64,000 bases of DNA from an uncultured delta proteobacterium (lineage in GTDB: Bacteria > Myxococcota_A > Polyangia > Polyangiales > Polyangiaceae). The notes under the pieces were generated by a model. It was given only the letters and a program-made list of their open reading frames with translations. It was not told the DNA's origin and made no database searches. How positions within the stretch are numbered: position 1 is the first letter of the stretch; every line of letters begins with the position of its first letter. Of this stretch, positions 9,155 to 18,945 are shown in pieces. The stretch is from positions 2,656,001-2,720,000 of the forward strand of contig CAWDXG010000004.1 of assembly GCA_963806225.1 (NCBI GenBank), in the 5' to 3' direction. The position numbers and the translations under genes are program-made.

Positions 9155-10087
9155 TCAAGAAGCCGCTCGCCGCGACCCGCGGCGAGCGGGTCCGGTGCCC
9201 TTCCCCAGTGCTTCGTCGAGCGCGTCGAGCACCGCGCGGACCTTCGGCGTGCGTTGGCGTCGCGGCGCGCACAGCGCGTGGATCGGCGGGCCATCCACTG
9301 CATGGTCGGCGAGCACCTCGACCAGGTCACCATCCCGCACCGACACGTCGATCATGAAATCCAGCACCTGGCAGACGCCCATGCCGGCCGCCGCGGCGGC
9401 GAGCAGCGAGCCCGCATGGTCGACCTCCAGCGTGCCGCGCGGCTGCAAGGGCGCCGGCAACGCGTGGCGCGAAGCACGAAACCACCAGCTCTGCGCCGTG
9501 CCGCGCGGAGTCACGAACGCGAGGCAGTTGTGCGACGCGAGATCCTCGGGACGCCAGGGTGTACCCGATCGCGCAAGGTACGCCGGCGCCGCCAGCGTGA
9601 CCCAGCGTGGAGTGCGGAGCGAGCGCGCCACCAGGCTCGAGTCGGGCAACTCGCCCATGCGCACCGCCACGTCCACCCGCTCCTCGACCAGACGCACCAC
9701 GCGATCGCTGACGGAGAGGCGGAACGAGAGCCGCGGATGGCGCGCACCGAGCCGCGCCACCGCCGGCACGACGAGTTGCGCGAGCACCGGGGGAAACGCG
9801 ATGCTCACCTCGCCCTGGGCCACCTTCTGCGACTGCGTCACGAGGTCCCGCGCGGCCTGCACGGCATCGAGCGCCTCGCGACAGCGCGCGAGGAACAGCT
9901 CGCCCTCGGGCGTGAGCGACACGCTGCGCGAGGTGCGCAGCATGAGCGTCGCTCCGAGCTCGCTCTCGAGCCGGGACACTGTCTTGCTCGTGGCCGCCGC
10001 GCTGACCCCGAGCTCCGCGGCCGCACGGTGGAAGCTCCGGGCCTCGGCGACCTGGATGAAGACAGACATGGCGCGGAAGAAGTCCAT
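9155..10087 (-). CDS. LysR family transcriptional regulator (CrgA-like)
   Basis: F..VAEARSFHRAAAELGVS...VSRLESELG..L..RTSRSVSLTPEG HTH, followed by a substrate-binding domain. Confidence 0.95.
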   Translation of the reverse strand: MDFFRAMSVFIQVAEARSFHRAAAELGVSAAATSKTVSRLESELGATLMLRTSRSVSLTPEGELFLARCREALDAVQAARDLVTQSQKVAQGEVSIAFPPVLAQLVVPAVARLGARHPRLSFRLSVSDRVVRLVEERVDVAVRMGELPDSSLVARSLRTPRWVTLAAPAYLARSGTPWRPEDLASHNCLAFVTPRGTAQSWWFRASRHALPAPLQPRGTLEVDHAGSLLAAAAAGMGVCQVLDFMIDVSVRDGDLVEVLADHAVDGPPIHALCAPRRQRTPKVRAVLDALDEALGKGTGPARRGSRRAAS

Positions 10088-10088
10088 C

Positions 10089-10105
10089 GTTAACTTCTGG
10101 TTAAC
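10089..10105. promoter_or_regulatory. LysR recognition site (T-N11-A palindrome)
   Basis: GTTAAC-TTCTG-GTTAAC in the AT-rich divergent intergenic region next to the lysR start; T10091-N11-A10103. Confidence 0.6.
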
Positions 10106-10187
10106 AATAACCTAACCTGATCATCTATTGTCAACCCAGAATCGTGAATGCAGATTTCTCGTGTCACCCCAAAGGAGGATACGGAGC

Positions 10188-10838
10188 ATGAAGATCGGAG
10201 TTCTCGGTACTGGAATGGTGGGCAAGACCATCGCCAGCAAGCTGGTCGAGCTGGGGCACGAGGTGAAGCTGGGCTCGCGCAGCGCGACGCATGAAGGCGC
10301 TGCGGCGTGGACCAAGGAAGCGGGCGAAAAGGCGTCGAACGGCACCTTCGCCGACGCCGCGGGCTTCGGCGAGCTGGTGTTCAACTGCACCAACGGCGCC
10401 GGTGCCCTCGACGCCCTACGCGCCGCCGGCGCGAAGAACCTCGACGGCAAGATCCTGGTCGACGTGTCCAACCCCCTCGATTTCTCGAAGGGCATGCCGC
10501 CCTCGCTGTTCGCGGGCAACACCGACTCGCTCGGCGAGAACATCCAGAAGGAGTTTCCGGGCGCCAAGGTCGTCAAGACGCTGAACACGATCAACGCGAA
10601 CGTGATGGTCGACCCGGCCCGCGTCGCGGGCGGCGACCACGACGTGTTCATGAGCGGCAACGATGCCGAAGCCAAGGCCACGGTGCAGCGCCTCCTCATG
10701 GAACAGTTCGGCTGGAAGCACGTCATCGATCTCGGCGACATCACGACGGCGCGGGGTACCGAGTCGTACCTACCGCTCTGGCTCCGGCTCTGGGGCGCGC
10801 TCGGCAACGCGGACTTCAACGTGAAGGTCATGCGCTAG
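10188..10838 (+). CDS. NADP oxidoreductase, F420-dependent family
   Basis: [32 protein letters not shown] motifs; AGGAGG upstream; divergent from LysR. Confidence 0.9.
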   Translation: MKIGVLGTGMVGKTIASKLVELGHEVKLGSRSATHEGAAAWTKEAGEKASNGTFADAAGFGELVFNCTNGAGALDALRAAGAKNLDGKILVDVSNPLDFSKGMPPSLFAGNTDSLGENIQKEFPGAKVVKTLNTINANVMVDPARVAGGDHDVFMSGNDAEAKATVQRLLMEQFGWKHVIDLGDITTARGTESYLPLWLRLWGALGNADFNVKVMR

Positions 10839-10880
10839 CGCCTCGCCTCCGGCATCGAGCGGGCCTATGCTCCAGGCGCC

Positions 10881-12728
10881 GTGCCCGCCCGCACTTCCTT
10901 TCCACGCGTCGTCGCACTCGTCGCTCTGGGCGGCGCTCTCGTCGCGGCACTCTCCTGCGGGCGACAGCGCGGCGCGCGGAGCGCCGGCCCCGACGAGGCG
11001 GCCGACCGCGTCACGGAGAACGTGCTTCGGCGCGACTACGCGGGCTCGCAGACATGCAAGCCATGCCACGAGAAGATCTACAAGCAGTGGACTGACTCGC
11101 CGATGCATCGCATGACGCGATTGATCGACAAGACGACGATCCACGCGCCCTTCGACGGCCAGGTGTTCCGCTTCATGGGCGACACGGCGCGCATGGAGAC
11201 GCACCACGGGGCCCGCTACGTCGTGCTCGACTCGAAGCACTCCGGCCACCGCATCTACCGCGTCACCAAGGTCATCGGCGGGCGCTACCGCGAGGACTTC
11301 GTGGGCATCGAGGTGGCGGGCACCGGGAAGTACAGCGGCGAGGTGCAGAGCGACGAGCGCGTCATGCCCGTGTCGTGGCTCGTCTTCGATCACGCCTGGC
11401 GCTACAAGGGCTACAGTGTGATGACGCCGGAGCGCCACGGCCTGCGCCCCGGCAGCGTGTGGCGCAAGACGTGCATCTTCTGCCACAACACCGAGCCGTA
11501 TCTCGACTCCACGCTCGACGAGCTGTACGGCCCGCACTCGCCCGGCTACCAGGGCTCGGCCAGCATCGCACTGCCCCGGAACAAACGCTTCCGCTTCGAG
11601 ATCACGGACGAAGAAGGCTTGCGCGACAGGCTGTCCGACGAGCTCCACTTCCTGGGCGCGCCGCGCTACCGCGGCAGTGACAAGCCGCAGGCCTGGCTCG
11701 CCGCCACCATGGCCCAGATCCGCCGGCACTTCGGTACGAAGCAACTGCTCGAAGTGGGCATCGGCTGCGAGGACTGCCACGGCGGCTCGAAGCAACACGC
11801 CGACGATCCGCTGCACGTGAAGCCCAGCTTCGCCGTGAGGAGCGACTTCATGCGCGTGGACACGCCCGACGGCAGGGCGCCGGATCACGCCCAGAACATC
11901 AACCGCGCCTGCCAGCGCTGCCACACGGTGCTGTTCTCGCGCTATCCGTACACGTGGGAAGGCGGGCATCGCTACGGGCATCCAGGCGGCAGCGGCATCA
12001 CTTCCGGCGAAGCCCGCGACTTCCTGCTCGGCGGCTGCTCGACCCGGATGAGCTGCGCGAGCTGCCACGACCCGCACACGCGCGACCCGAAATCGAAGCT
12101 CGACGCGCTGGCGGGCCCCGCGGGGACGCGCCTGTGCACCAGCTGCCACGACAATCTGCGCGGAGCCGCCGCCATCACCGCGCACACACACCATCCCATC
12201 GAAAGCGCCGGCAGCCAGTGCATCAACTGCCACATGCCAAAGAAGAACATGGCGCTCGACTACGAGCTCACGCGCTACCACCGCATCGGCTCGCCGACGG
12301 ATCGCGACCGCGTCGAGCGCGACCGTCCGCTGGAGTGCGCCCTGTGCCACTCGGACAAGAGCGTGGCGAGCCTGGTTTCCACGATGGAGCGCTGGTGGCA
12401 CAAGCGTTACAGCCGCGCCGCGCTGCACCGCCTGTACGGCCCGGACCTCGGCGAAAACGCGATCCTGGCCACACTGCAGTTCGGCAAACCGCACGAACAG
12501 GCGTCCGCGCTGGGCGTCGCGGGCCGCGACCATCTGCGCGCCGCGCTGCCGCTCATGGTGGACCAGCTCGACAACCGCTACCCGCTTTTGCGCTACTTCG
12601 CGCGTGCCTCGGTACAGCGGCTGACCGGCGAGCCACTGCCGCTCGACATGAGCGCCCCCGGACGCACACTGCTCGCCCAGGGGCGCGCCTGGCTGCGCGC
12701 ACACGATCGCGCATCCGCACAGCGCTGA
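10881..12728 (+). CDS. Multiheme (8 CxxCH) c-type cytochrome lipoprotein with helical C-terminal region
   Basis: CKPCH, CIFCH, CEDCH, CQRCH, CASCH, CTSCH, CINCH, CALCH; signal peptide with ALSC lipobox. Confidence 0.88.
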   Translation: MPARTSFPRVVALVALGGALVAALSCGRQRGARSAGPDEAADRVTENVLRRDYAGSQTCKPCHEKIYKQWTDSPMHRMTRLIDKTTIHAPFDGQVFRFMGDTARMETHHGARYVVLDSKHSGHRIYRVTKVIGGRYREDFVGIEVAGTGKYSGEVQSDERVMPVSWLVFDHAWRYKGYSVMTPERHGLRPGSVWRKTCIFCHNTEPYLDSTLDELYGPHSPGYQGSASIALPRNKRFRFEITDEEGLRDRLSDELHFLGAPRYRGSDKPQAWLAATMAQIRRHFGTKQLLEVGIGCEDCHGGSKQHADDPLHVKPSFAVRSDFMRVDTPDGRAPDHAQNINRACQRCHTVLFSRYPYTWEGGHRYGHPGGSGITSGEARDFLLGGCSTRMSCASCHDPHTRDPKSKLDALAGPAGTRLCTSCHDNLRGAAAITAHTHHPIESAGSQCINCHMPKKNMALDYELTRYHRIGSPTDRDRVERDRPLECALCHSDKSVASLVSTMERWWHKRYSRAALHRLYGPDLGENAILATLQFGKPHEQASALGVAGRDHLRAALPLMVDQLDNRYPLLRYFARASVQRLTGEPLPLDMSAPGRTLLAQGRAWLRAHDRASAQR

Positions 12729-12743
12729 ACCGCCAGCTGGAGC

Positions 12744-13982
12744 TCAGTAGCGTTCGGTGAAGCTCGATTCGTGAGCGGTGTAGCCGAAGTTGACCAGATA
12801 GAACGTGGCACCCATGGTCTGGCGCACGGCGAGGCCGAAGCTCGGGCCGTTGCGCTTCTGCGAGTAGTTGCCGCCATGGCGCGTCCCGAGAGCGAAGGTG
12901 AGCGCCGCTGAAGCCTCGTCGCCGAATGGGGCGGCGGGCGCGCCGTGCTCCCGCGACCTGGCCGCGAGCACCCAGCCGTCGCGCACCCGTGCGGTAGCTC
13001 CCATCCACTTGAACAGGTCGAGCGAGAGGTAGGCCTCGATGGGAAAGCTCACGCCGAACGGAATGGTGCTCGTGATGCCGTCGATGCCGGGGCCGCTGCC
13101 GACGCCGAGCGCGACGCGCCGGCCGATAGGCACCGCGCCGCCGAGGATCGACTGCAGCCCGTAGACGAACCCGCCACTGCCGCCGAGCGACAGGTCGAAC
13201 CCGCCGTAGAGCGCGACCGGATCCGGATCGCCTACGATGCGCACCGTGACGCCCAACGCGCCCAGCGCCCGGGCGCCGCCGAGCTTGTCCTGGTCCGGTG
13301 TGTAGCCGCCCTGGAGGAAGATCGCCCCGTCGTCGATCCCGCTCAGGCGGTAGCTCTTCTTCTTCGGGGCGGACGTGTCGAGCAGCTTCGGAAGCCCGAG
13401 CTTTGCGAGCCACGGGAACGGAAGCCGCGGCCGGGGCACGGGCCGGATCGTCGGCGTGACGAGCAGGATCCGGGCGCGGGTCCGCCCGGCGCGCTCGCGC
13501 AGATTCTCGATCTCGCTCCGGGCGTCGGCCTCGGCGTCCTCGGCGCGTTCCATCGCGCGCTCCAGCATCAGGTGATCGGGCACGCCGTGGGCGACACCCT
13601 GCACCCCGGAAAGGCGCTCCCGCTGCTCGCGCGCGGCGCGGAGCTTCGCTTCGGCAGCCGCGATCCGGTCCGTCAGATCGGTCGTCCGGACGCTCACGTC
13701 CTGCTCGTCGCCGAGCGAGCCCAGGCGCTGCAAGAGTTCCTGGTAGCGCCCGGACGGAACCTCCACCGTCACGACCCTGCCGAGCCCCTGCACCAGGCGC
13801 CCACCGAGGTCGTCCGCAGCGTTCTTGATGCGATCGAGCGCGCCCGCGCGGCTCGTGACAATCAGCGCGAGGTTTGCCTCGCGCGCCAGCGCCGGAGCCC
13901 TCGGCGCCGCGACAGCGCGCGGAGTGGCACGCGCAGCGGGCGTCAGCGCGAGGAGCAGAGCAAGCGTGCGGAACCGCGCCAT
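12744..13982 (-). CDS. Secreted DUF4349-like protein with putative C-terminal beta-barrel
   Basis: Signal peptide; VTVEVPSGRYQELLQRLGSLG...TTDLTDRI plus coiled coil; C-terminal half is Gly/aromatic amphipathic strands. Confidence 0.65.
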   Translation of the reverse strand: MARFRTLALLLALTPAARATPRAVAAPRAPALAREANLALIVTSRAGALDRIKNAADDLGGRLVQGLGRVVTVEVPSGRYQELLQRLGSLGDEQDVSVRTTDLTDRIAAAEAKLRAAREQRERLSGVQGVAHGVPDHLMLERAMERAEDAEADARSEIENLRERAGRTRARILLVTPTIRPVPRPRLPFPWLAKLGLPKLLDTSAPKKKSYRLSGIDDGAIFLQGGYTPDQDKLGGARALGALGVTVRIVGDPDPVALYGGFDLSLGGSGGFVYGLQSILGGAVPIGRRVALGVGSGPGIDGITSTIPFGVSFPIEAYLSLDLFKWMGATARVRDGWVLAARSREHGAPAAPFGDEASAALTFALGTRHGGNYSQKRNGPSFGLAVRQTMGATFYLVNFGYTAHESSFTERY

Positions 13983-14136
13983 CACCGAGCCGGTTTTCAC
14001 CGTAGGCGGCCGGTCGCGGGCGGTCAAATGCCGCACCGCGCCAAACGGGCACAAGTTGATGCCCGTCAAGACCCGGGGCATGCTTCTAGAGCCGGCGCGT
14101 CGGGTGACGTGCGCCGTCAAGCCCGGGAGTCGATGC

Positions 14137-15441
14137 ATGCGTCCGAGTCTTCTTGCTTTTTCCGCTCTGCCCCTGGCGCTGACCCTGCTGGGCTGCAGCG
14201 GCAAGACCGTGGAAAGCGGCAGCCACAAGACGCAGGCCAGCGGGACGCTCCCCTGCGACGTCGAGCAGGTGCTCACGAACAACTGCCGCAAGTGCCACAC
14301 CGACCCGCCGTCGTACGGCTCGCCGATGTCGCTGATGACGTATGCGGATCTGATGGCGCCGTCGTACAGCGATCCTTCCGTGCCGATCTACAAGATGATC
14401 GAGAAGCGCATCCACGGCGATCCGACCCGGATGCCGCCGAACCCGAACCCGCCCCTGTCCGATCCCGACACCAAGCTGCTCGACGACTGGATCGCCGCGG
14501 GCGCCCCGCCCGCCGCGGCGGGTGACAGCTGCAGCACGGACGGAGGCGCTCCGGCCGACGGCGGCATCATTACGAACCCGCTGTCGTGCACTCCGGACGT
14601 GCACGTCGCGCCGCCGACTCCCTGGGAGATGCCTGCGGACCTGGACGGCGCCTACGTCTGCTACGGCTTCGACGTACCGCTGAAGTCCGAGCGCGATGTC
14701 ATCGCCATCGCCCCGCGCGTCGACAACAAGACGATCCTGCACCACATGCTGCTCTTCCAGACGGACACGTCCTATGGCAGCACGCCGAAGCGCTGCGACA
14801 ACGACATGGGGATGAACTGGCACCTCATCTACGGCTGGGCACCGGGCGCCAGCACGCTGGTGCTACCCGACAACGTCGGCATCCCGGAAACGGGCACCGC
14901 CCACTTCATCGCGCAGATCCACTACGACAACAGCCAGCTCTTGAGCGGCCAGAAGGACACGAGCGGGTTCGACCTGTGCACGACCGGCACGCCCCGGCCG
15001 AACAAGGCCGGGGTCATCGCGTTCGGCACCATGAACTTCACGGTGCCGGCTCACGGCTCGCTCGACATCAGCTGCAAGTTCCCGGTACCGGCCGGGACGC
15101 CGACGATGCACGCGGTCGCCGCGCTGCCGCACATGCACGAGATCGGCAAGCTGATCGAGACGACCCAGCAAGTCGGCGGCCAGGGGGCGTCTCTTCCCAT
15201 GGGCAAGAAGGACCCGTGGAATTTCGAGGAACAGAGCTGGGTACCCATCGAAAACACGGTCAGCGCCGGGGACGTGATCACGACGCGCTGCGCCTGGGAC
15301 AACCCGACCAACCAGGACGTGAGCTTCGGCCTCTACACGCAGGACGAGATGTGCTTCTCGTTCACGATGTTCTATCCATGGGACCCGAACATCTCGTGGC
15401 TGTATCCGTCGTACGCCTCGCAGTGCAGCCCAACGAAGTAG
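14137..15441 (+). CDS. Copper type II (PHM/DBH-like) monooxygenase lipoprotein with N-terminal cytochrome c domain
   Basis: Lipobox LLGC; CRKCH plus MPP; copper ligands LHHMLL, QIHY, PHMH, DEMC. Confidence 0.85.
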   Translation: MRPSLLAFSALPLALTLLGCSGKTVESGSHKTQASGTLPCDVEQVLTNNCRKCHTDPPSYGSPMSLMTYADLMAPSYSDPSVPIYKMIEKRIHGDPTRMPPNPNPPLSDPDTKLLDDWIAAGAPPAAAGDSCSTDGGAPADGGIITNPLSCTPDVHVAPPTPWEMPADLDGAYVCYGFDVPLKSERDVIAIAPRVDNKTILHHMLLFQTDTSYGSTPKRCDNDMGMNWHLIYGWAPGASTLVLPDNVGIPETGTAHFIAQIHYDNSQLLSGQKDTSGFDLCTTGTPRPNKAGVIAFGTMNFTVPAHGSLDISCKFPVPAGTPTMHAVAALPHMHEIGKLIETTQQVGGQGASLPMGKKDPWNFEEQSWVPIENTVSAGDVITTRCAWDNPTNQDVSFGLYTQDEMCFSFTMFYPWDPNISWLYPSYASQCSPTK

Positions 15442-15527
15442 CGCGCGGGACACACCGAATCCGCTGATTCCGCGGTGAAGGGCGCCGGGCATTGCTGCCC
15501 GGCCCCAAGCCGTGATACCCGATCCTC

Positions 15528-16157
15528 GTGCTCGACCAGATCCAGGTGCAGCAGGGGGGCTTCGGCCCCGGGGGTCCTCCGCCGGGCGGTTATCCGCCAG
15601 GCCCGCCCGGAGGCTACGGTCCGCCCGGAGGTCCGCCTCCTGGTGGTGCCCCGCCGGGTCCGCCGGGAGGCTACGGTCCGCCCGGAGGTCCGCCTCCTGG
15701 TGGCGCCCCGCCAGGTGCTCCGCCGGGTGGCCTTCCGGGTCAGCAGCCCCAGCAGTTCGGTCAACCCGGACAAGCCGGCTACGGCGCGACTCCGGGCAAG
15801 CAGGGCAAGGGCTTCAAGTACGCGCTGATCGGGTGCGGCTGCCTGGCGCTGATCGTCATTGCGATCGTCCTCTTCCTGTTCGTCGGCGGCGGGCTGACCT
15901 ACCTGGGACTGTCGAGCGGCTCCAGCTCCACGTCGTCCACTTCGGCCTCGAAGTCCGGCACCAGCTCCGGTTCGAGCGGCGGTAGCGGAACATGCGCCGA
16001 CGCGGTCAAGTGCTGCAAGATGCTCTCCCAGAACGTCCCGGCAGCGGCAGCGGCCTGCGACAACCTGAAGAAACTGCCGGCTGTCGGCGACGGGTGCCAG
16101 AGGGCGCTCGATAGCTATCAGAAAGCGCTCAAGGCACAGGGCAAGACCTGCCCCTAG
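15528..16157 (+). CDS. Pro/Gly-rich single-pass membrane protein with Cys-containing C-terminal domain
   Basis: GPPPGG repeats, TM segment LIGCGCLALIVIAIVLFLFVG, Ser-rich linker, Cys-bearing helical tail; start uncertain. Confidence 0.65.
   Translation: MLDQIQVQQGGFGPGGPPPGGYPPGPPGGYGPPGGPPPGGAPPGPPGGYGPPGGPPPGGAPPGAPPGGLPGQQPQQFGQPGQAGYGATPGKQGKGFKYALIGCGCLALIVIAIVLFLFVGGGLTYLGLSSGSSSTSSTSASKSGTSSGSSGGSGTCADAVKCCKMLSQNVPAAAAACDNLKKLPAVGDGCQRALDSYQKALKAQGKTCP
15603..15716 (+). repeat. Two near-identical 57-bp tandem coding repeats (PPGGYGPPGGPPPGGAPPG)
   Basis: ccgccSggaggctacggtccgcccggaggtccgcctcctggtgg... at 15603 and 15660. Confidence 0.8.
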
Positions 16158-16190
16158 GCCGAAGCGCAGTCCGGACCCCGGGCCCTGCGC

Positions 16191-16475
16191 TCAACGCGCG
16201 ATCAGCCCGGCGAGCGCGCCGAGCGGCGTCGTGAAGTAGAGGACGACCGCCGCAGCGACCATGAGCGCGCTGTTCGCGGCCGGGCGCAGCTTGAAGAGCT
16301 CGATCCACTCGGCCGTCAGCGACTGTTCCGGCGCGACCTCCGGCTCTGCGAACGAGGCGGCGTCCAGCGCCTGGAACAGCACTGCCTGCATGCGCTCTTC
16401 GGCACCAGGCGGCGGATCGAGCGCGCGCATCAGCTCGGCGAGCTGCTCCTCGCTGGGGTCCTGGTATTCGCTCAT
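16191..16475 (-). CDS. Small membrane protein, putative anti-sigma factor
   Basis: 94 aa with C-terminal TM; ATGA overlap with the stop of the ECF sigma gene. Confidence 0.6.
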   Translation of the reverse strand: MSEYQDPSEEQLAELMRALDPPPGAEERMQAVLFQALDAASFAEPEVAPEQSLTAEWIELFKLRPAANSALMVAAAVVLYFTTPLGALAGLIAR

Positions 16476-17131
16476 GACGCGCTCCTCGTGTGTGCAGCCT
16501 CGAACGCCACCGGGCCCAGCGCGCGCTCGAGACGCGACAGGAGCCGGCGCCGCTGGCGCTCGCAGATCTTGCGGACGTTGGCCTCGCTGAGCCCACAGAT
16601 CGCGCCGACCTCGGCAGCGCTGAGCCCACCGCCGTAGCGCAGCGTCAGGCTCCAGCGATCGCGGTCGGGAAGCTCGGCGAGCAGCGACAGCAGCCGTTCC
16701 CTCAGCTGGGCCTGGTCGAGCCCGGCGCCGAGCGGGTCGCTGTCCAGTGCCTCGTCGCGCTGCGCCTCCAGCGCGTCCGGCGCCACGCTCTCGAGCCGGC
16801 CGAGCTTCGCCGCGCGCTTTCTCACCGTGTTCACCGCGATGGTCAGGAGCCACGAGATGAATCGCACCCCCGGACGGCGCGCGTAGCGCTCGAGCGCGCC
16901 GAGCGCCTTGAGGAACGTGTCCTGCACGATGTCCTCGGCGTCGGCGTCGCTCTGGACCATGGAGCGGACCACCCGATACACGCGCGCGACGTGCAAGCTG
17001 TACAGCTCGCGCGTCGCGCTGCGGTCGCCCCCGCGCGCCGCGGAGACCAGGCGTTGTACGGCCTCCTCGTCGGCGGGGTCGGTGCGGGTGGCCGACAGCG
17101 CACCCGCGAGGACTGCGAACAGGGCAAACAC
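16472..17131 (-). CDS. ECF RNA polymerase sigma factor
   Basis: ARGGDRSATRELY, DAEDIVQDTFLKA, FISWLLTIAVN (region 2); LPDRDR...GLSAAEVG...SEANVR (region 4). Confidence 0.92.
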   Translation of the reverse strand: MFALFAVLAGALSATRTDPADEEAVQRLVSAARGGDRSATRELYSLHVARVYRVVRSMVQSDADAEDIVQDTFLKALGALERYARRPGVRFISWLLTIAVNTVRKRAAKLGRLESVAPDALEAQRDEALDSDPLGAGLDQAQLRERLLSLLAELPDRDRWSLTLRYGGGLSAAEVGAICGLSEANVRKICERQRRRLLSRLERALGPVAFEAAHTRSAS

Positions 17132-17138
17132 GTTCGCC

Positions 17139-17960
17139 TCAGGCCGCTCCCCGGCCATCCAGGAAGCCAAGTGTCCACAGCGACGAGCGGTACGCGCCGA
17201 CGGAGCCGGCCACGACGAGCGCCACCGGAAGAACCAGCACGCCACCGACGACGAGCGCCGGGACGAGTCCGGCCAGGAAGTAGACGCCGAGCCCCAGTGC
17301 CGCGATGGGCAGCGCGACCAGCACGCCGACAATCTCGACCGCCGCCGCGCCCAGCCCGCCCGCGACCAGCAGCGTGAGCGAGCTGGCGATGCGTCCGTGC
17401 AGATAGCGCTTCGCCGCGCGGATCGAGTCCATCGCCTTCTTGTCGTCCAGCACGGCGATGCGCATCGCGTACATGTAGATGAAGTAGAGGGTCAGCAGCC
17501 ACGGCACGGCCACCAGCGCAAGCAGCGCGGTCGCGACCGCACCAGCCAGCACGGGATAGGCGCCGGCGAGAGCGCCGCCGATCGGCAGAGCCACAACGCC
17601 CACGGACAGCACCATGGCAGCGCCGAGTGCGAGCTTGATCGCCGCCAGCGTCCAGAAGTGCCGCCTGCTCGCGCGGAGCTCCTCGCCGATGCGGCCCCGC
17701 TCGCCGTGCTGCGCCCGCTCGACGCCGTCGATCAGCGCCGCCTCGCTGAGCACGTGCATCACCAAAGCCGCCAGCCCCAGCACCAGCGCGCCCGCGAGGA
17801 GCGGCCAGATCCAGGCCGACAGCGGACCACCATGATGGCCGTGGGCGCCGGGGTTGGCTCCGGCCCCGCCGCCGCTGGCGACGAAAAACCCGAAAAACAA
17901 CAGGTACTTGTGCGACCTGATGGTGGAGAGGGACTGCTTGGCGATGCGGATGATGTCCAT
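17139..17960 (-). CDS. Multi-pass membrane protein, first gene of the ECF operon
   Basis: About 6 hydrophobic segments; AAGGAG RBS. Confidence 0.75.
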   Translation of the reverse strand: MDIIRIAKQSLSTIRSHKYLLFFGFFVASGGGAGANPGAHGHHGGPLSAWIWPLLAGALVLGLAALVMHVLSEAALIDGVERAQHGERGRIGEELRASRRHFWTLAAIKLALGAAMVLSVGVVALPIGGALAGAYPVLAGAVATALLALVAVPWLLTLYFIYMYAMRIAVLDDKKAMDSIRAAKRYLHGRIASSLTLLVAGGLGAAAVEIVGVLVALPIAALGLGVYFLAGLVPALVVGGVLVLPVALVVAGSVGAYRSSLWTLGFLDGRGAA

Positions 17961-17997
17961 TGCTGCGCTCCTTGGTCGAAGTGCGGATTCGACCTGG

Positions 17998-18024
17998 AAA
18001 CCCCGTCCGCGCCGTTTCGTGACA
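17998..18024 (-). promoter_or_regulatory. Possible ECF-type promoter (TGTCAC-N17-GTTT)
   Basis: Motif about 40 bp upstream of the first gene of the ECF operon; ECF operons are commonly autoregulated. Confidence 0.3.
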
Positions 18025-18032
18025 GATTTTCT

Positions 18033-18227
18033 TCAGTAGTGCGGCGGCGGCTGGTCGGCGGGCTGCCGCTCTTCCAGCAGCTGGGCCACGCGCTCCTCCA
18101 GCGCCTTGACCCGCACGTTCAGCGCGTCGACGAGCTTCTGCTGCTCGAACACCGTGTCGCTCAGGTTGTCCAGCACGTCCTGCTGGTGGGTGTAGCGAAC
18201 CTCCAGGTCGACCAGACGCTCCTTCAT
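18033..18227 (-). CDS. slyX: SlyX family protein
   Basis: ERLVDLEVRYTHQQDVLDNLS...PPPHY C-terminal signature. Confidence 0.92.
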   Translation of the reverse strand: MKERLVDLEVRYTHQQDVLDNLSDTVFEQQKLVDALNVRVKALEERVAQLLEERQPADQPPPHY

Positions 18228-18244
18228 CGGACCTCCATATCCAT

Positions 18245-18388
18245 TCAGGGCAGCGCGTTGCCAATCTGGTGGAGCATGTGCGGCGCGAACAGGATCACGC
18301 CGACGAAGACAGCCACCATGGCGAGGAAGAACGCCGGCCCGCGTCCGCGACCCTTCGAGCCGTTCCGGCGCTCCTCCTGGCCGACCAT
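18245..18388 (-). CDS. Small single-TM protein (47 aa)
   Basis: Manual translation MVGQEERRNGSKGRGRGPAFFLAMVAVFVGVILFAPHMLHQIGNALP fills the gap between the lipoprotein gene and slyX. Confidence 0.45.
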   Translation of the reverse strand: MVGQEERRNGSKGRGRGPAFFLAMVAVFVGVILFAPHMLHQIGNALP

Positions 18389-18389
18389 G

Positions 18390-18827
18390 TCAGCTCCCGT
18401 GCGCCTGCGTCAGGATGGCGTCGCGGAGCTTCTGCTGCTCGTCCACGAGATGCTGGGGCGCCTTGTCGCCGCAGGGCTCGAACTTCGTGGCATGGGCGCC
18501 GGAGTTCATCTCGCAGGTGAGCTTGATGCCGAGCCGGCCGTCTGCCGCGCTCACGTTCCACACGTAGTGATACTTCGTGTGGGACAGCTCGGACACGTTG
18601 TGGGTCCGCTGCACGGTCGTGATCTCGAAGGTTGCCGGGTCCTGCTTTTCGAGGTTGTAGCCATTGTCCTCGAGCGAGGCGACGGCCGCCTCGTACAGCA
18701 CCTTGGCCGACAGCGAGGTCTTCTGGTCGACCGGCGTGTAGGCCGTCATGTGGGCGCTATCGCAGCCGGCCAGCAACAGCACGACGGCGCCGAGCAGCAG
18801 CAGTACATGCCGGACCTCGACTCCCAT
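18390..18827 (-). CDS. Hypothetical lipoprotein
   Basis: LLLLGAVVLLLAGC lipobox; protein-like composition. Confidence 0.7.
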   Translation of the reverse strand: MGVEVRHVLLLLGAVVLLLAGCDSAHMTAYTPVDQKTSLSAKVLYEAAVASLEDNGYNLEKQDPATFEITTVQRTHNVSELSHTKYHYVWNVSAADGRLGIKLTCEMNSGAHATKFEPCGDKAPQHLVDEQQKLRDAILTQAHGS

Positions 18828-18945
18828 CCAGCCGATCCGGCCCGGAAACGTCGCGCGCACCCGGGCAGGTTACGCCCATCCGCCGGGTTGATCTAGAGTT
18901 GCGGCACCGCCTCCGACAGTGCCCTGGGCGGCCTTTCTTCAACCC

